From positions 1 to 54,893 of the IMG/VR virus record IMGVR_UViG_3300037225_000166: a stretch of 54,893 nucleotides of DNA, one strand, 5' to 3'. This DNA is from a virus. Taxonomy: Duplodnaviria > Caudoviricetes. This document shows positions 45,547 to 54,893 of the stretch, piece after piece. The notes beneath the pieces were generated by a model. The model was not told the origin of the DNA. It ran no database searches and saw only the letters and a list, made by a program, of their open reading frames with translations. Position 1 is the stretch's first letter. Each line of letters begins with the position of its first letter. The position numbers were made by a program, and so were the translations under genes.

Positions 45547-46350
45547 ATGGCAACTAAGGACGAAATATTAAACAATTTAGCATCATTACAATTCGATAAT
45601 GATTCTGTAACAGCTCCACACTTAAAGATAGCTGAAGGGGTTGGAATTTGTATTGACAACACTATTACAGAATTCTCAAATACTGAAGCCAATATAACTG
45701 AGATTATCAATTCACAGCGATACGGAAAAGCAGGATATTACATAGAAAAGGCTTTGAACTATCAGGAAGGAGATAGTTTGGTAATTGATCCTGTTACATT
45801 GGATTCTGTTTATGCTGATATTGATCCAACAAAACGAATTATAAAACAGGCTGCATTCGAAGAAACGCCACAAGTATTATTTCTTAAGGTTGCTATTGAA
45901 AATTTAGTTGGTGAAATGGTTGCTTTAGCCGGATCCAGATTTGATGCTTTTTGTGCTGTTTATAAATCTTGCGAAGTTGCTGGAATTCCTGTCATTATTA
46001 TTTCGCTTGATCCAAATCAAATTAACTTCTCAGCAAAGGTTGGGGTTTATTCAACTTACGATCTTGCAACGGTAAAAACTGGAATTAAGGCAGCAATGAC
46101 AGCATTTAAAAAGACTTTTCCTTTTGATGGTATATTTTATTCAGGCGATTTGGAGGCCTATATTAAATCAATTGTTCCGGGGATCAGGGATTTTCACATT
46201 TACGGTTGTCAGATTTACGATACCAATACCGGATTATTTATTGATTTTGAAGGTGAACAAGCTCTAATTGCCGGTTATTTTGTTTATAATTTATCCGGTC
46301 ATGATTCTGATTATTTTGTAGATAATTTATTAACTTATGAAACTGTTTAA
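45547..46350 (+). CDS. Baseplate J-like wedge protein
   Basis: WY-like KALNYQEG, LKVA, AG, PFDG, AGYF motifs; position. Confidence 0.55.
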   Translation: MATKDEILNNLASLQFDNDSVTAPHLKIAEGVGICIDNTITEFSNTEANITEIINSQRYGKAGYYIEKALNYQEGDSLVIDPVTLDSVYADIDPTKRIIKQAAFEETPQVLFLKVAIENLVGEMVALAGSRFDAFCAVYKSCEVAGIPVIIISLDPNQINFSAKVGVYSTYDLATVKTGIKAAMTAFKKTFPFDGIFYSGDLEAYIKSIVPGIRDFHIYGCQIYDTNTGLFIDFEGEQALIAGYFVYNLSGHDSDYFVDNLLTYETV

Positions 46351-46828
46351 AACCATATCATACTCAAAGATGCTGTTAGAAACCTTAAGAGGGTTTTTCA
46401 CGGTAAATAAAGACGGTGATATTACATGGCTTTATAAGTTTTGTTTAGCTTGTATTTACCCTTTGCAAACTCGATTTGATGCTTTTGTAATAAGCCGTGA
46501 CCGGTCAAAAATCATAGCACAATGTAAATGGACTATCGGTCAATTAACAAACACTTTAAATTATCTTTTTGATCCAACTTCAAAGCGAATAACGATAACT
46601 CAATCGGTTATATCTATCTTTTCAGCTCCTGATCTTAACCAAACTGCTACAAAGTTTGTTCCTGATTTCGGATTGGCAGCTACGGTATTCGCACCTGATT
46701 GGCATGCACCATTACAAAGAACGGATTTAATAATTTCAATACCAACTGCAATTTATACAACTGAAATAGATTCAGTTATTGAACAAATAAGATTAGCCGG
46801 TACAACTTATTCAATAGTATTAACATGA
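46337..46828 (+). CDS. Baseplate wedge (gp48/gpI-like)
   Basis: LTNTLNYLFD, RLAGTTY; position. Confidence 0.5.
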   Translation: MKLFKTISYSKMLLETLRGFFTVNKDGDITWLYKFCLACIYPLQTRFDAFVISRDRSKIIAQCKWTIGQLTNTLNYLFDPTSKRITITQSVISIFSAPDLNQTATKFVPDFGLAATVFAPDWHAPLQRTDLIISIPTAIYTTEIDSVIEQIRLAGTTYSIVLT

Positions 46829-47727
46829 GTGATTTAATAAAATTCCCATTTGTCCGTAAAACATACGGAATGACCGAAGAACCAATATCAGTTGGCGATA
46901 TAAAAGCTGCAAATCAAATCCTTTTGTCAGGGTTAATCAATTTAGCTGGCTTTATTGAGGGTGATTATACTTTTGTTATTCTATCAGGATTGAATTTGAA
47001 TAGATTTGGTAATTATAGTGCCGGAGTTGCTATGCTTTATAGTAAATTGGTTTATTGTACCGGAATTATAGGGGGAGGTGGTCATTATATGGTTAACCAG
47101 GATACCGATATAGAACCTCAGTTATTTGGAGATTCAGTAACCAGAAATACATATACACTAAACCAGGGGATCGATACAACTGATAGTTCATCGGCATCTC
47201 CTGAGTTTATAGGGGATATGAATGTTTACAGGATCGGAAACTCTTTTATTAAGAATCAATTATTAACTGATGAAGGTTTGCTTTCTGATTTATCTTCAGA
47301 TGTTCTTCATTTGTCAGGTGCAACTCTTCAAGAACAACCAGCCAGACTAAGGGAATTTACAACACCTAACAATCTGGGCGATGCAGATTCTCCGCTAAAT
47401 GTTAGTTGGAGTGGTACTATTAAAGATAATATCTATTGGAAAGATCAATTCGGTAGGGTGAGGGTTCAAGGTCGTTTAAAATGGAATTCCCCTACACAAA
47501 CATTTGCTTGGCCATGGGCTGTAGAAATATTTACATTCAGTGCAAATTATATCTGGAACAGGCCAGAAGATATGGATTATTTATTTTTCTGGATGTTTGA
47601 TTATAACAATGGAAATGTAATTAAATGTAGGATGAGAAAAAGTACCGGTAGGGTTCAGGTAGAAGAGGGCACTTTAACAGAAAATAATTATTATTATTTT
47701 GAATTTGCATTTACAAAAGATAATTAA
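46825..47727 (+). CDS. Tail fibre attachment/fibre protein
   Basis: Position after the wedge genes; gp53-like C-terminus (GRVRVQG). Confidence 0.45.
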   Translation: MSDLIKFPFVRKTYGMTEEPISVGDIKAANQILLSGLINLAGFIEGDYTFVILSGLNLNRFGNYSAGVAMLYSKLVYCTGIIGGGGHYMVNQDTDIEPQLFGDSVTRNTYTLNQGIDTTDSSSASPEFIGDMNVYRIGNSFIKNQLLTDEGLLSDLSSDVLHLSGATLQEQPARLREFTTPNNLGDADSPLNVSWSGTIKDNIYWKDQFGRVRVQGRLKWNSPTQTFAWPWAVEIFTFSANYIWNRPEDMDYLFFWMFDYNNGNVIKCRMRKSTGRVQVEEGTLTENNYYYFEFAFTKDN

Positions 47728-47729
47728 CC

Positions 47730-48119
47730 ATGGCACGAATAATATTAGTTGATGGAATATCAGACCCGACAAACGGGAAAGGAAGTGTTATTTTGGCAGC
47801 TCTAAACTCAATGTTTGCTGATCTTTATAGTGCATCCAGTGTTCCAACAAAAGCAGCCGGCGCAAGCACAGATCAGGTGATTGCAATAGCAGCAGATACG
47901 CTGATTTTAAGTGCTTTTGTTAATAAAGTTTCTGGCACTCCGATAATTAAGATCGGAACCACAAATGGAGGTGAAGAAATACTTGCAGCTACAACCATAA
48001 CAGGTTGGCAAAAAATATTGATTGATTATTATTATTCCGGTGCTGGGAATTTATATATCGCGTTGTCAGGCGGTGTAGTTGATCTTAGAATTGACAAACT
48101 TTTAAATTATATGGCATGA
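47730..48119 (+). CDS. Structural protein, paralogue of 49205..49480
   Basis: Shared GTP.IKIGTT.GG.EILA motif. Confidence 0.55.
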   Translation: MARIILVDGISDPTNGKGSVILAALNSMFADLYSASSVPTKAAGASTDQVIAIAADTLILSAFVNKVSGTPIIKIGTTNGGEEILAATTITGWQKILIDYYYSGAGNLYIALSGGVVDLRIDKLLNYMA

Positions 48120-49177
48120 AAAAGCTAATTACAATAATAATCTTAATTCTTTCTTTGAATGTTTTTGCACAAGGGCCATTGATTATAACAAGGCCTTATT
48201 CATTTACGACTTATTTAACGGCCAAATATGGGCTTGTGGGATTAAACACATGGCTTTTACCAACTGATACAATAGCTGGCAGGGCTTGGGTTACTGCTCA
48301 TTTCACAACCGGAGGCTCTGCTTATTATGCAGCCGGAACAGGGATAACATTAACATCTCAGACTTTCTCACATACTGCACATACCGGAGATGCTACCGGA
48401 ATAACAAGCCTTACGGTAGTTTCTTTGCGTGGCCGTAGTCTATCTACTACAATACCCACATCCGGGAATGTATTGAGTTATGATGGTACAAGCTGGACGC
48501 CTTCGGTTGCAACCGGAACAACTTATGCAGCAGGAACAGGATTAACTTTGTCGAGTAATACATTTTCAGCAAATACTACAGTTGCAAATTGGAATGCAAA
48601 TAAATTACAAGGCTTTTCAATCAGTTCGGCAACTCCAAATCCGGCTCAAATAATGAAATATACAAGTTCGACATGGACTCCTACTGATGAAGTTTCTTAT
48701 GTTGCAGGCACCGGATTAACCCTATCATCAGGTACATTTTCACAGATTGCGCATTCAGGCGATGTTTCAGGAACAAATACACTTACAATTGTTTCTTTAG
48801 CAGGTACAGGATTGGATGCAACCATTCCAAGTTTAGGTCAGGTTTTGGGTTTTGATGGATCAAAATGGATTCCCCGAAATACATATATTGCAAAGGTATC
48901 AAGCACAACTACATTAACTCCCATTGCATTAACGACTGAATATTTTCTGATGGTTACAAACGGATCAACGGCAATTATATTAAATCTACCTACAGCAATA
49001 GGTATAAAAGGCACAATGTATATAATTAAGAAATGTGATGCAGAAGGATCTGGAACTATCACAATTTATCCAGTAGGAGGTCAATATATAGATCAGCAAG
49101 CTAACATTCAATTGGCAGGTTCATCCAGGGGCATTTATAGGCTTATTTCAGACGGAGTTAATTGGTTCACTTGGTAA
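48116..49177 (+). CDS. Fibre-like repeat protein with a signal peptide
   Basis: YAAGTGLTLS, HTGDATG and GNVL.YDG..WTP repeats; MKKLITIIILILSLNVFA|Q. Confidence 0.65.
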   Translation: MKKLITIIILILSLNVFAQGPLIITRPYSFTTYLTAKYGLVGLNTWLLPTDTIAGRAWVTAHFTTGGSAYYAAGTGITLTSQTFSHTAHTGDATGITSLTVVSLRGRSLSTTIPTSGNVLSYDGTSWTPSVATGTTYAAGTGLTLSSNTFSANTTVANWNANKLQGFSISSATPNPAQIMKYTSSTWTPTDEVSYVAGTGLTLSSGTFSQIAHSGDVSGTNTLTIVSLAGTGLDATIPSLGQVLGFDGSKWIPRNTYIAKVSSTTTLTPIALTTEYFLMVTNGSTAIILNLPTAIGIKGTMYIIKKCDAEGSGTITIYPVGGQYIDQQANIQLAGSSRGIYRLISDGVNWFTW

Positions 49178-49204
49178 AAATTTAAATTAAAAATAACGAT
49201 TATT

Positions 49205-49480
49205 ATGAAAAGAATAACATTAAAATCACTTACAAAAAGCCAAAAAATAAATATACTGGGTAACTCGTTTATTTATAATTTGCTGATAAATGTAAAAACC
49301 GGAACACCGGCAATTAAAATCGGTACAACAGCAGGAGGGGATGAGATACTCGCTTCTGCCAGTTATACAGGATTTAACTTTTTACATCTGGAAAAATACT
49401 TCTCAACTCTCACAATCATATATATCACGATTACGGGAGTTTCAACAACTGATATTCAGGTTCAATTTGATAATTTCTAA
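49205..49480 (+). CDS. Paralogue of 47730..48119
   Basis: GTPAIKIGTTAGGDEILA. Confidence 0.55.
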   Translation: MKRITLKSLTKSQKINILGNSFIYNLLINVKTGTPAIKIGTTAGGDEILASASYTGFNFLHLEKYFSTLTIIYITITGVSTTDIQVQFDNF

Positions 49481-49484
49481 GATT

Positions 49485-50084
49485 ATGAAAAAATTACTAT
49501 TTATTATTGCTGTATTACTTTATAGTATAGCATTACAGGCGCAATCAGAGGTTAAGATTAACCAGCCTTATCGATTCTTGAAAAGTCCGTATGTATTACT
49601 AAATACTGATACAGCAGCTACAAAGGATTATGTCAGAACTCAATCAACACATACGGGGGATGCAACCGGAGGCATAAGATTAACTGTTGTAAAACTACAA
49701 GGCCAGTCAATTGCAACCACTATACCGACTTCTGGTAATGCTTTAGGTTGGGATGGATCGGCATGGACTCCGGCAGTTGCTACACTTTCAACTTATTGGG
49801 CTGGAAACGGTATTTCATTATCAGGCACAACATTTTCAGGCAATTATGTTGCTGGTACTGGATTAAGCCTTTCAACAAATACATTTAATATTTTATATGT
49901 TGCAGGGACCGGGCTTTCTATAACTTCTAATAGCTTTGTACATAATGCTCACACCGGAGATTGTACGGGGATAACATCATTAACAGTAGTGAAGTTGTTA
50001 GGTAGATCGCTTTCAACAACCGTTCCCACAACCGGAAATGTTTTGAAATGGGACGGTACTTATTGGACACCATCAGCACCTTAA
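49485..50084 (+). CDS. Fibre-like repeat protein with a signal peptide, paralogue of 48116..49177 (likely start 49485)
   Basis: MKKLLFIIAVLLYSIALQA|Q; same repeats. Confidence 0.65.
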   Translation: MKKLLFIIAVLLYSIALQAQSEVKINQPYRFLKSPYVLLNTDTAATKDYVRTQSTHTGDATGGIRLTVVKLQGQSIATTIPTSGNALGWDGSAWTPAVATLSTYWAGNGISLSGTTFSGNYVAGTGLSLSTNTFNILYVAGTGLSITSNSFVHNAHTGDCTGITSLTVVKLLGRSLSTTVPTTGNVLKWDGTYWTPSAP

Positions 50085-50088
50085 TATT

Positions 50089-50457
50089 ATGAATAATTCA
50101 AACGATATAGTTTTTCTCGAAGGGGCAAACCATACGGTTAACATAACAGTTAGTGATGCTATCAATATGGCTATAAAGAATGCAAAGATTCAGGTTAGAA
50201 AAGTACCTGGATCAAACCTATTATTTGAGTTTTCAAGCGAAGCAGGATCAGACAACCTACTTACTATTGTTGATCAGGTTGTAACTATGAACATATTACC
50301 TGCTTTGACAATCGGTAAATCAGGTGATTATAACTGGCAATTAGAAATCTGGTCAGATACAACTGATTCAATAATTTTACCCTTTGATCCTGATGATCCT
50401 GATTATATCCCTCAATTTGTTATTAAACCCTCAGTAATTGCTCCAATACCAGCCTAA
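50089..50457 (+). CDS. BppU-like/Ig-like adaptor protein
   Basis: AKIQVRK and YNWQLEI pattern; directly before the long fibre. Confidence 0.45.
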   Translation: MNNSNDIVFLEGANHTVNITVSDAINMAIKNAKIQVRKVPGSNLLFEFSSEAGSDNLLTIVDQVVTMNILPALTIGKSGDYNWQLEIWSDTTDSIILPFDPDDPDYIPQFVIKPSVIAPIPA

Positions 50458-53204
50458 TGAGTGAACAGAATATAAATATCGAAATCACACAAACACAACC
50501 AAGCACGATAACAACTGAACAATATAAACTATTATCAGGCGTTGTCGGTGGAGGGTTACCCTTTTTATTCGATATTGATCCTGGCAACTTCACAGCTCCT
50601 TTGGATGGTACTTTTGTTTTGAATAATGTAAACCCATTAACAGCCACAAAAATAGCAATTAGTTATAATACTAAAGATGGAGTTGATTGTTCTGAATGGA
50701 TAAAATTAGTAACTTCATCGGGCCGATTATTTATAAATCGTTATTCCGATCCTGTTTGTTATGCAGCTTTTTCAATTTCAAATATTACAGATAAAACCAC
50801 TTGGATTGAATTTGATATTTCAAATCTTGTTTTATTAGGTTGGACAAAATTACAAGATCAGAATACTTGCTATATAACCTTATTAAGCGGTGCTGATTCT
50901 GGAAATACATTGATCGGTTATACCGGAGTTGCTGATCATTTGAACTTTTTAGGTGATCGGGCCGGTGATAATTCTGATGGTTCAGGGGATTCTAATTTCA
51001 TAGGTACGGCAGCCGGAGAAGGTGCAAAAAGATCAATTAACTGCAATTATTTCGGAGACGAAGCGGGCAGGTTTCTTGAGGATGGATATGATTGTATTGG
51101 AATAGGTGATGCTGCGTTTTGGGGTTCATTGGGAATTGAGGGGTCAGTAGCATTAGGAAATTTTATTGCTGGATTATGTGATAATATCAATTATTCTGTT
51201 TTCATTGGTCGTTATGCTGCTGCTAATGCTTTTTTTGCTGAAAAGGCTGTATTTATCGGTGAACATGCAGGCGAAAATGCCAGAAATGCAGCTAAAGCAA
51301 TATTTATAGGTTATAATGCAGGCAACCAAATAGCAGATTATGATGTAAATAACCGGCAAATTGATGTAAAATATATAAGTCCAAAAATCAGGTTCAATGG
51401 ATGTTATCCAAACAATCCAGGCAATTTAAATGATTTGCATTTAGGGACTTCCGAATATTCAGGTGTATATCCAGAGGTCATATATACAATTACTATTTAT
51501 ACTGTTGGCGATATTGATACTTTTGTTTGGGCAGATAATCAGGGAAATAGTTATGATCCTGATATTTCGGGACTTCTTTATATAACAGGAGAGGATCAGT
51601 TAATTGCAGAAGGGGTTTATATAAAATTCAATAACCTTACCGGTCATATGGTTAGTGATCAATGGGTTATTAAGGCTTTTGATGCGCATATGGAAGGGGG
51701 TGCACCAATTTGTATAGGTATTGATTCAAGTAGTGGGGGCTTTTTGGGTTCGATAGTAATGGGAGAGAATGCAGTTAATACTAAAGCTTTACAATTCTTA
51801 ATAGGTAGTCAATATAAATACATACAACTCAGGGGAGTTGATTATGAATTACCTTCAGAACTCGGAAATGTCGGAGATGTTTTGACAATTGACGATATTT
51901 CAGGTAAATTAGTTTGGGCTGCCGGTGGTGGGTCAGGTGGTCATGTAATTCAGGATAACGGTACACCAATGGCTGCACAGCCAAATCTTGATTTTATAGG
52001 ATTTACGGTTGAAAATGATGTACCAAATACCAGAACTAAAATAACTCATATTCCTACTGATATTTCATCGAAACAAGATACAGCCAATCTATCCACAAAC
52101 GTAGTTACAGATGCAGCCTCAAACACTAAATATCCAAGCGTAAAAGCGATAAAAGATTATGCTGATGGTTTAGTAGTTGGATTGATTGATGATCGTGGAA
52201 ATTATGATGCTTCGGTTAATACATTTCCTGCAAGCGGAGGAAGCGGAACTGCAGGCGCAATACTTAAAGGCGATTTGTGGTATATTTCAGTAGCCGGAAC
52301 TTTGGGAGGTGTGGCTGTAACGGTTGGTAGTTCTTTAAGAGCTTTAGTTGATACACCCGCACAAACAGCAACTAACTGGGATATACTTAATGTTGGGTTA
52401 GGTTATGTGCCAGCTAATGATACAGCAGTAATTCACAAAGCCACAGCAGCAGAAATATCAGCAATGACAGACAAAGCAACTCCGGTAGATGCTGATGTGT
52501 TAATGATTGAAGATTCTGCAACCACCCCGACTGCTTTCGGAAAGAAAAAATTAACTTGGTCAAATTTAAAGACTACTTTAGGCAGTTTATTTGTTTCAAA
52601 AGTTGCAGGTTCATCATTAACCCCTGATACAGAAATTTCAAAAATACATTCTCAAAATACCGACACAGGAACGACACAACAAACTTTCTCTTTATTTTCG
52701 GGAAGCATATTAGGCAGATGGCTGTTCTCGATTGTTACAGGAGCAGGTAATTTCCTATTAACACTACAAAATGCAGTATTAACAGCAAACCGAACCCAAA
52801 CCTATCAGAATGATGACGGAACTATTGCATTGACGAAAAATATACCTTTAGCAGTTGATATTAAACTGACAATAAACGGTCAGAATAATATAATTCTCGC
52901 AGGGAACTATGGCGGATATTATAAAATACCATATGCCGGAACTATTACAGGTTGGGTATTATATGAAGGCAGTTCAACACCAATAGCAACTACTACGGTT
53001 CTGGATGTTTGGAAAAAATCTTCATTCTATCCGACTGTTGCTGATACTATATTTGGAACTAAGCCAAGCCTTACAGCAGCAACTAATAATAGTGCTACAG
53101 GATTAAATATTGCAGTGGCAGCAGGAGATATATTCGCTTTCAATGTTGATTCAAACTCAGCAGGTAAGATTCTTAATTTTATGCTTTTAATAACGAAATC
53201 GTAA
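50457..53204 (+). CDS. Long tail fibre / receptor-binding protein
   Basis: 915 aa mosaic; YadA-head-like FIG..AG repeats; YPSVKAIKDY and KGDLWYISVAG fibre motifs. Confidence 0.7.
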   Translation: MSEQNINIEITQTQPSTITTEQYKLLSGVVGGGLPFLFDIDPGNFTAPLDGTFVLNNVNPLTATKIAISYNTKDGVDCSEWIKLVTSSGRLFINRYSDPVCYAAFSISNITDKTTWIEFDISNLVLLGWTKLQDQNTCYITLLSGADSGNTLIGYTGVADHLNFLGDRAGDNSDGSGDSNFIGTAAGEGAKRSINCNYFGDEAGRFLEDGYDCIGIGDAAFWGSLGIEGSVALGNFIAGLCDNINYSVFIGRYAAANAFFAEKAVFIGEHAGENARNAAKAIFIGYNAGNQIADYDVNNRQIDVKYISPKIRFNGCYPNNPGNLNDLHLGTSEYSGVYPEVIYTITIYTVGDIDTFVWADNQGNSYDPDISGLLYITGEDQLIAEGVYIKFNNLTGHMVSDQWVIKAFDAHMEGGAPICIGIDSSSGGFLGSIVMGENAVNTKALQFLIGSQYKYIQLRGVDYELPSELGNVGDVLTIDDISGKLVWAAGGGSGGHVIQDNGTPMAAQPNLDFIGFTVENDVPNTRTKITHIPTDISSKQDTANLSTNVVTDAASNTKYPSVKAIKDYADGLVVGLIDDRGNYDASVNTFPASGGSGTAGAILKGDLWYISVAGTLGGVAVTVGSSLRALVDTPAQTATNWDILNVGLGYVPANDTAVIHKATAAEISAMTDKATPVDADVLMIEDSATTPTAFGKKKLTWSNLKTTLGSLFVSKVAGSSLTPDTEISKIHSQNTDTGTTQQTFSLFSGSILGRWLFSIVTGAGNFLLTLQNAVLTANRTQTYQNDDGTIALTKNIPLAVDIKLTINGQNNIILAGNYGGYYKIPYAGTITGWVLYEGSSTPIATTTVLDVWKKSSFYPTVADTIFGTKPSLTAATNNSATGLNIAVAAGDIFAFNVDSNSAGKILNFMLLITKS

Positions 53205-53392
53205 TGGAAATTAAAGAACTTAATAGGTTTAGCCAAACAACAGTACGTACTATAATTGAATTTACATTTGATTGTGGTTGTAAAATTGATGTTGAAATAC
53301 CTCATTATATGCCTAAAGATGAAGCTGAGATTCAACTTGGTATTCATAATAGATTTATAACTGAGTCAGAAGCTCATAAATGTAGTGAATAA
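53204..53392 (+). CDS. Small hypothetical protein
   Basis: TAATG-coupled on both sides. Confidence 0.55.
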   Translation: MEIKELNRFSQTTVRTIIEFTFDCGCKIDVEIPHYMPKDEAEIQLGIHNRFITESEAHKCSE

Positions 53393-53964
53393 TGGCAACA
53401 AGAGATTCTAAAGGAAGATTCTTGAAAGGTGTAAAATCACATAATGCTGGTACTGCAACATATCATTTGTGCGAATACTGTAAAAAAGAATTTAGGTATT
53501 GGGAATCAAAGAAACAGCGGTTTTGTTCTCATATCTGTCAAGGGAAATCTAAGGAGGTAACAGATAAGATAAGCAAATCTAATACTGGTAATCCAAATCA
53601 TAAACATTGGCTTGGTAAAATTAGAGAAGATATGCGAGGTGTAAATAATTCGTGCTGGAAAGGTGGAACAGGAACGATTCGTCATCAGGATATGGGAAAA
53701 CTTGAATATAAGGAATGGAGAAGCAAGGTATTCGAGAGGGATAATTATACTTGTCAAAAATGTGGAATTAAAGATGCTTATCTTCATGCTGACCACATTA
53801 TAGAATGGACTGAATCAGAAGAATTGAGATACAATTTAGCAAACGGAACAACCCTATGTTTTGAGTGTCATTATAAGAAAACATTTCCTAACAAACCATA
53901 TATTAAAGAAAATGCAATTAAATGGGGAATACCATTAAAATATAGAAAGGAGGTGGTGTTTTGA
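53392..53964 (+). CDS. HNH endonuclease
   Basis: WKGG, WRSKVFERDNYTCQKCG, HADHI, NGTTLCFECH. Confidence 0.88.
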   Translation: MATRDSKGRFLKGVKSHNAGTATYHLCEYCKKEFRYWESKKQRFCSHICQGKSKEVTDKISKSNTGNPNHKHWLGKIREDMRGVNNSCWKGGTGTIRHQDMGKLEYKEWRSKVFERDNYTCQKCGIKDAYLHADHIIEWTESEELRYNLANGTTLCFECHYKKTFPNKPYIKENAIKWGIPLKYRKEVVF

Positions 53965-54893
53965 GTTCATATTACTTTAGAAATGTTGGTACTGATTGGG
54001 CTACTGCAACTAATTGGAGTGCTACAGATGGTGGTGGTGCTACAGGTGCAGTACCTTTAATTACTGATGATGCTTTCTTTTCTAATAATAGTGGTAACTG
54101 TGTTATTAACTCAGGTGCTAAAGTTTGTAAGACTTTAGATTTTACTAAAGGTACTGGATTTACTGGTACTTTTACTCATAATGGAACTACGCTTACGGTA
54201 AGTGGTAGCGTTACCTTAAATGCTGCTATGACTATTGCTGGTACTGGGCCATTAACAATAAATGCTGCTGCAACTTTAAAAGCTAATGGTGTTACATGGC
54301 CTAATGCACTTAATTTTGCTGCCGTTACAATGACTATAGTTTTACTTGGTAATTGGGTTAATACAGGATTGGTTTCACAAAGTAGTGCTGCTGTTACTCT
54401 TAATTGGACTACCAATGAAACATTAACTTGTAATGGTGGATTATCGGTAGCTAATTTTAATCTACTTGGAACAGCAAAAGTTATATTAGGTGGCGGAACA
54501 TGGCAATCTACCAGTGTTGGTATAGTTACAAATAATCTTGATTTAGCAGGGAATATTACTTTTGGTGCTACAATACGTTATCAAACAGGAACTCTTAAAT
54601 ATGTTTCAGGAACGATAGATGCTACAGCTTGTACTTTGTTTTCTTGTCTTGCTGCTACTACTTTTGATTTAGGTTCTAATGTTGTTATTCCTTTATTCAG
54701 GACTACGGGTATTGATACACTCACTTCTGATTTATATGTTACAACTTATGAAACTTATGGAACAGGTTCGAGTTTTGCTGGTGCTGGTGCTTTAAGAAGC
54801 GGAGCTACTGCTTGGACTATTACTAATTTTACTGTACATATAACTAATGTAGCATTAACTTGTACACTTCCCACAGATATAATTATTACAGGT
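53961..54893 (+). CDS. 5' part of the origin-spanning ~580 aa tail/adhesin protein (MSSYYFRNVGTDWATATNWSATDGG...)
   Basis: TTG at 53961 with AGGAGGTG 5 nt upstream; no in-frame stop to the end of the window. Confidence 0.8.
   Translation, partial: MSSYYFRNVGTDWATATNWSATDGGGATGAVPLITDDAFFSNNSGNCVINSGAKVCKTLDFTKGTGFTGTFTHNGTTLTVSGSVTLNAAMTIAGTGPLTINAAATLKANGVTWPNALNFAAVTMTIVLLGNWVNTGLVSQSSAAVTLNWTTNETLTCNGGLSVANFNLLGTAKVILGGGTWQSTSVGIVTNNLDLAGNITFGATIRYQTGTLKYVSGTIDATACTLFSCLAATTFDLGSNVVIPLFRTTGIDTLTSDLYVTTYETYGTGSSFAGAGALRSGATAWTITNFTVHITNVALTCTLPTDIIITG
54682..54893. repeat. Terminal direct repeat / circular overlap, copy 2
   Basis: Matches 1-212 with one mismatch. Confidence 0.95.

Noticed and set aside
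852-54415. Most minus-strand ORFs in the track
   Set aside because: They are antisense shadows of well-supported plus-strand genes; only 34344..34583 has a recognisable domain and its own promoter.
47730-54893. Diversity-generating retroelement acting on tail fibres
   Set aside because: No reverse transcriptase, and no TR/VR pair with adenine-specific differences; the single A/G mismatch in the terminal overlap is insufficient.
1-54893. Stop-codon reassignment
   Set aside because: Standard code gives dense, full-length genes, and TAG, TGA and TAA all end conserved genes at sensible positions.

Overview
The window is an apparently complete, circularly closed genome (about 54,681 bp; bases 1-212 recur at 54682-54893) of an AT-rich tailed phage. 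A Bacteroidota host is inferred from many intergenic TAnnTTTG -7 promoter boxes and the general lack of Shine-Dalgarno sites. Almost all genes are on the + strand: lysis (1.1-3.9 kb), recombination/replication (4.9-17.4 kb), terminase/portal/MuF (18.8-24.1 kb), the rest of a Mu-like head and contractile tail (32.5-47.7 kb), and tail fibre/adhesin genes that run across the origin. I see no integrase or transposase. Highlights: (1) A ~7.1 kb integron-like array of attC-type hairpin cassettes (24.2-31.35 kb) interrupts the head module. It has no integrase, carries genes inside the hairpin loops, and includes two DNA methyltransferases and ORF-less structured cassettes. (2) Two of these cassettes each carry a perfect 26-27 nt antisense copy of their own predicted excised-circle junction inside a conserved scaffold, which looks guide-RNA-like. 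(3) A minimal, circularly permuted two-piece tmRNA gene has its own promoter and terminator. (4) Four structurally equivalent leader elements, a split two-frame C5 methyltransferase, and two probable -1 frameshifts. Protein family assignments are by motif recognition and synteny only; no searches were run.
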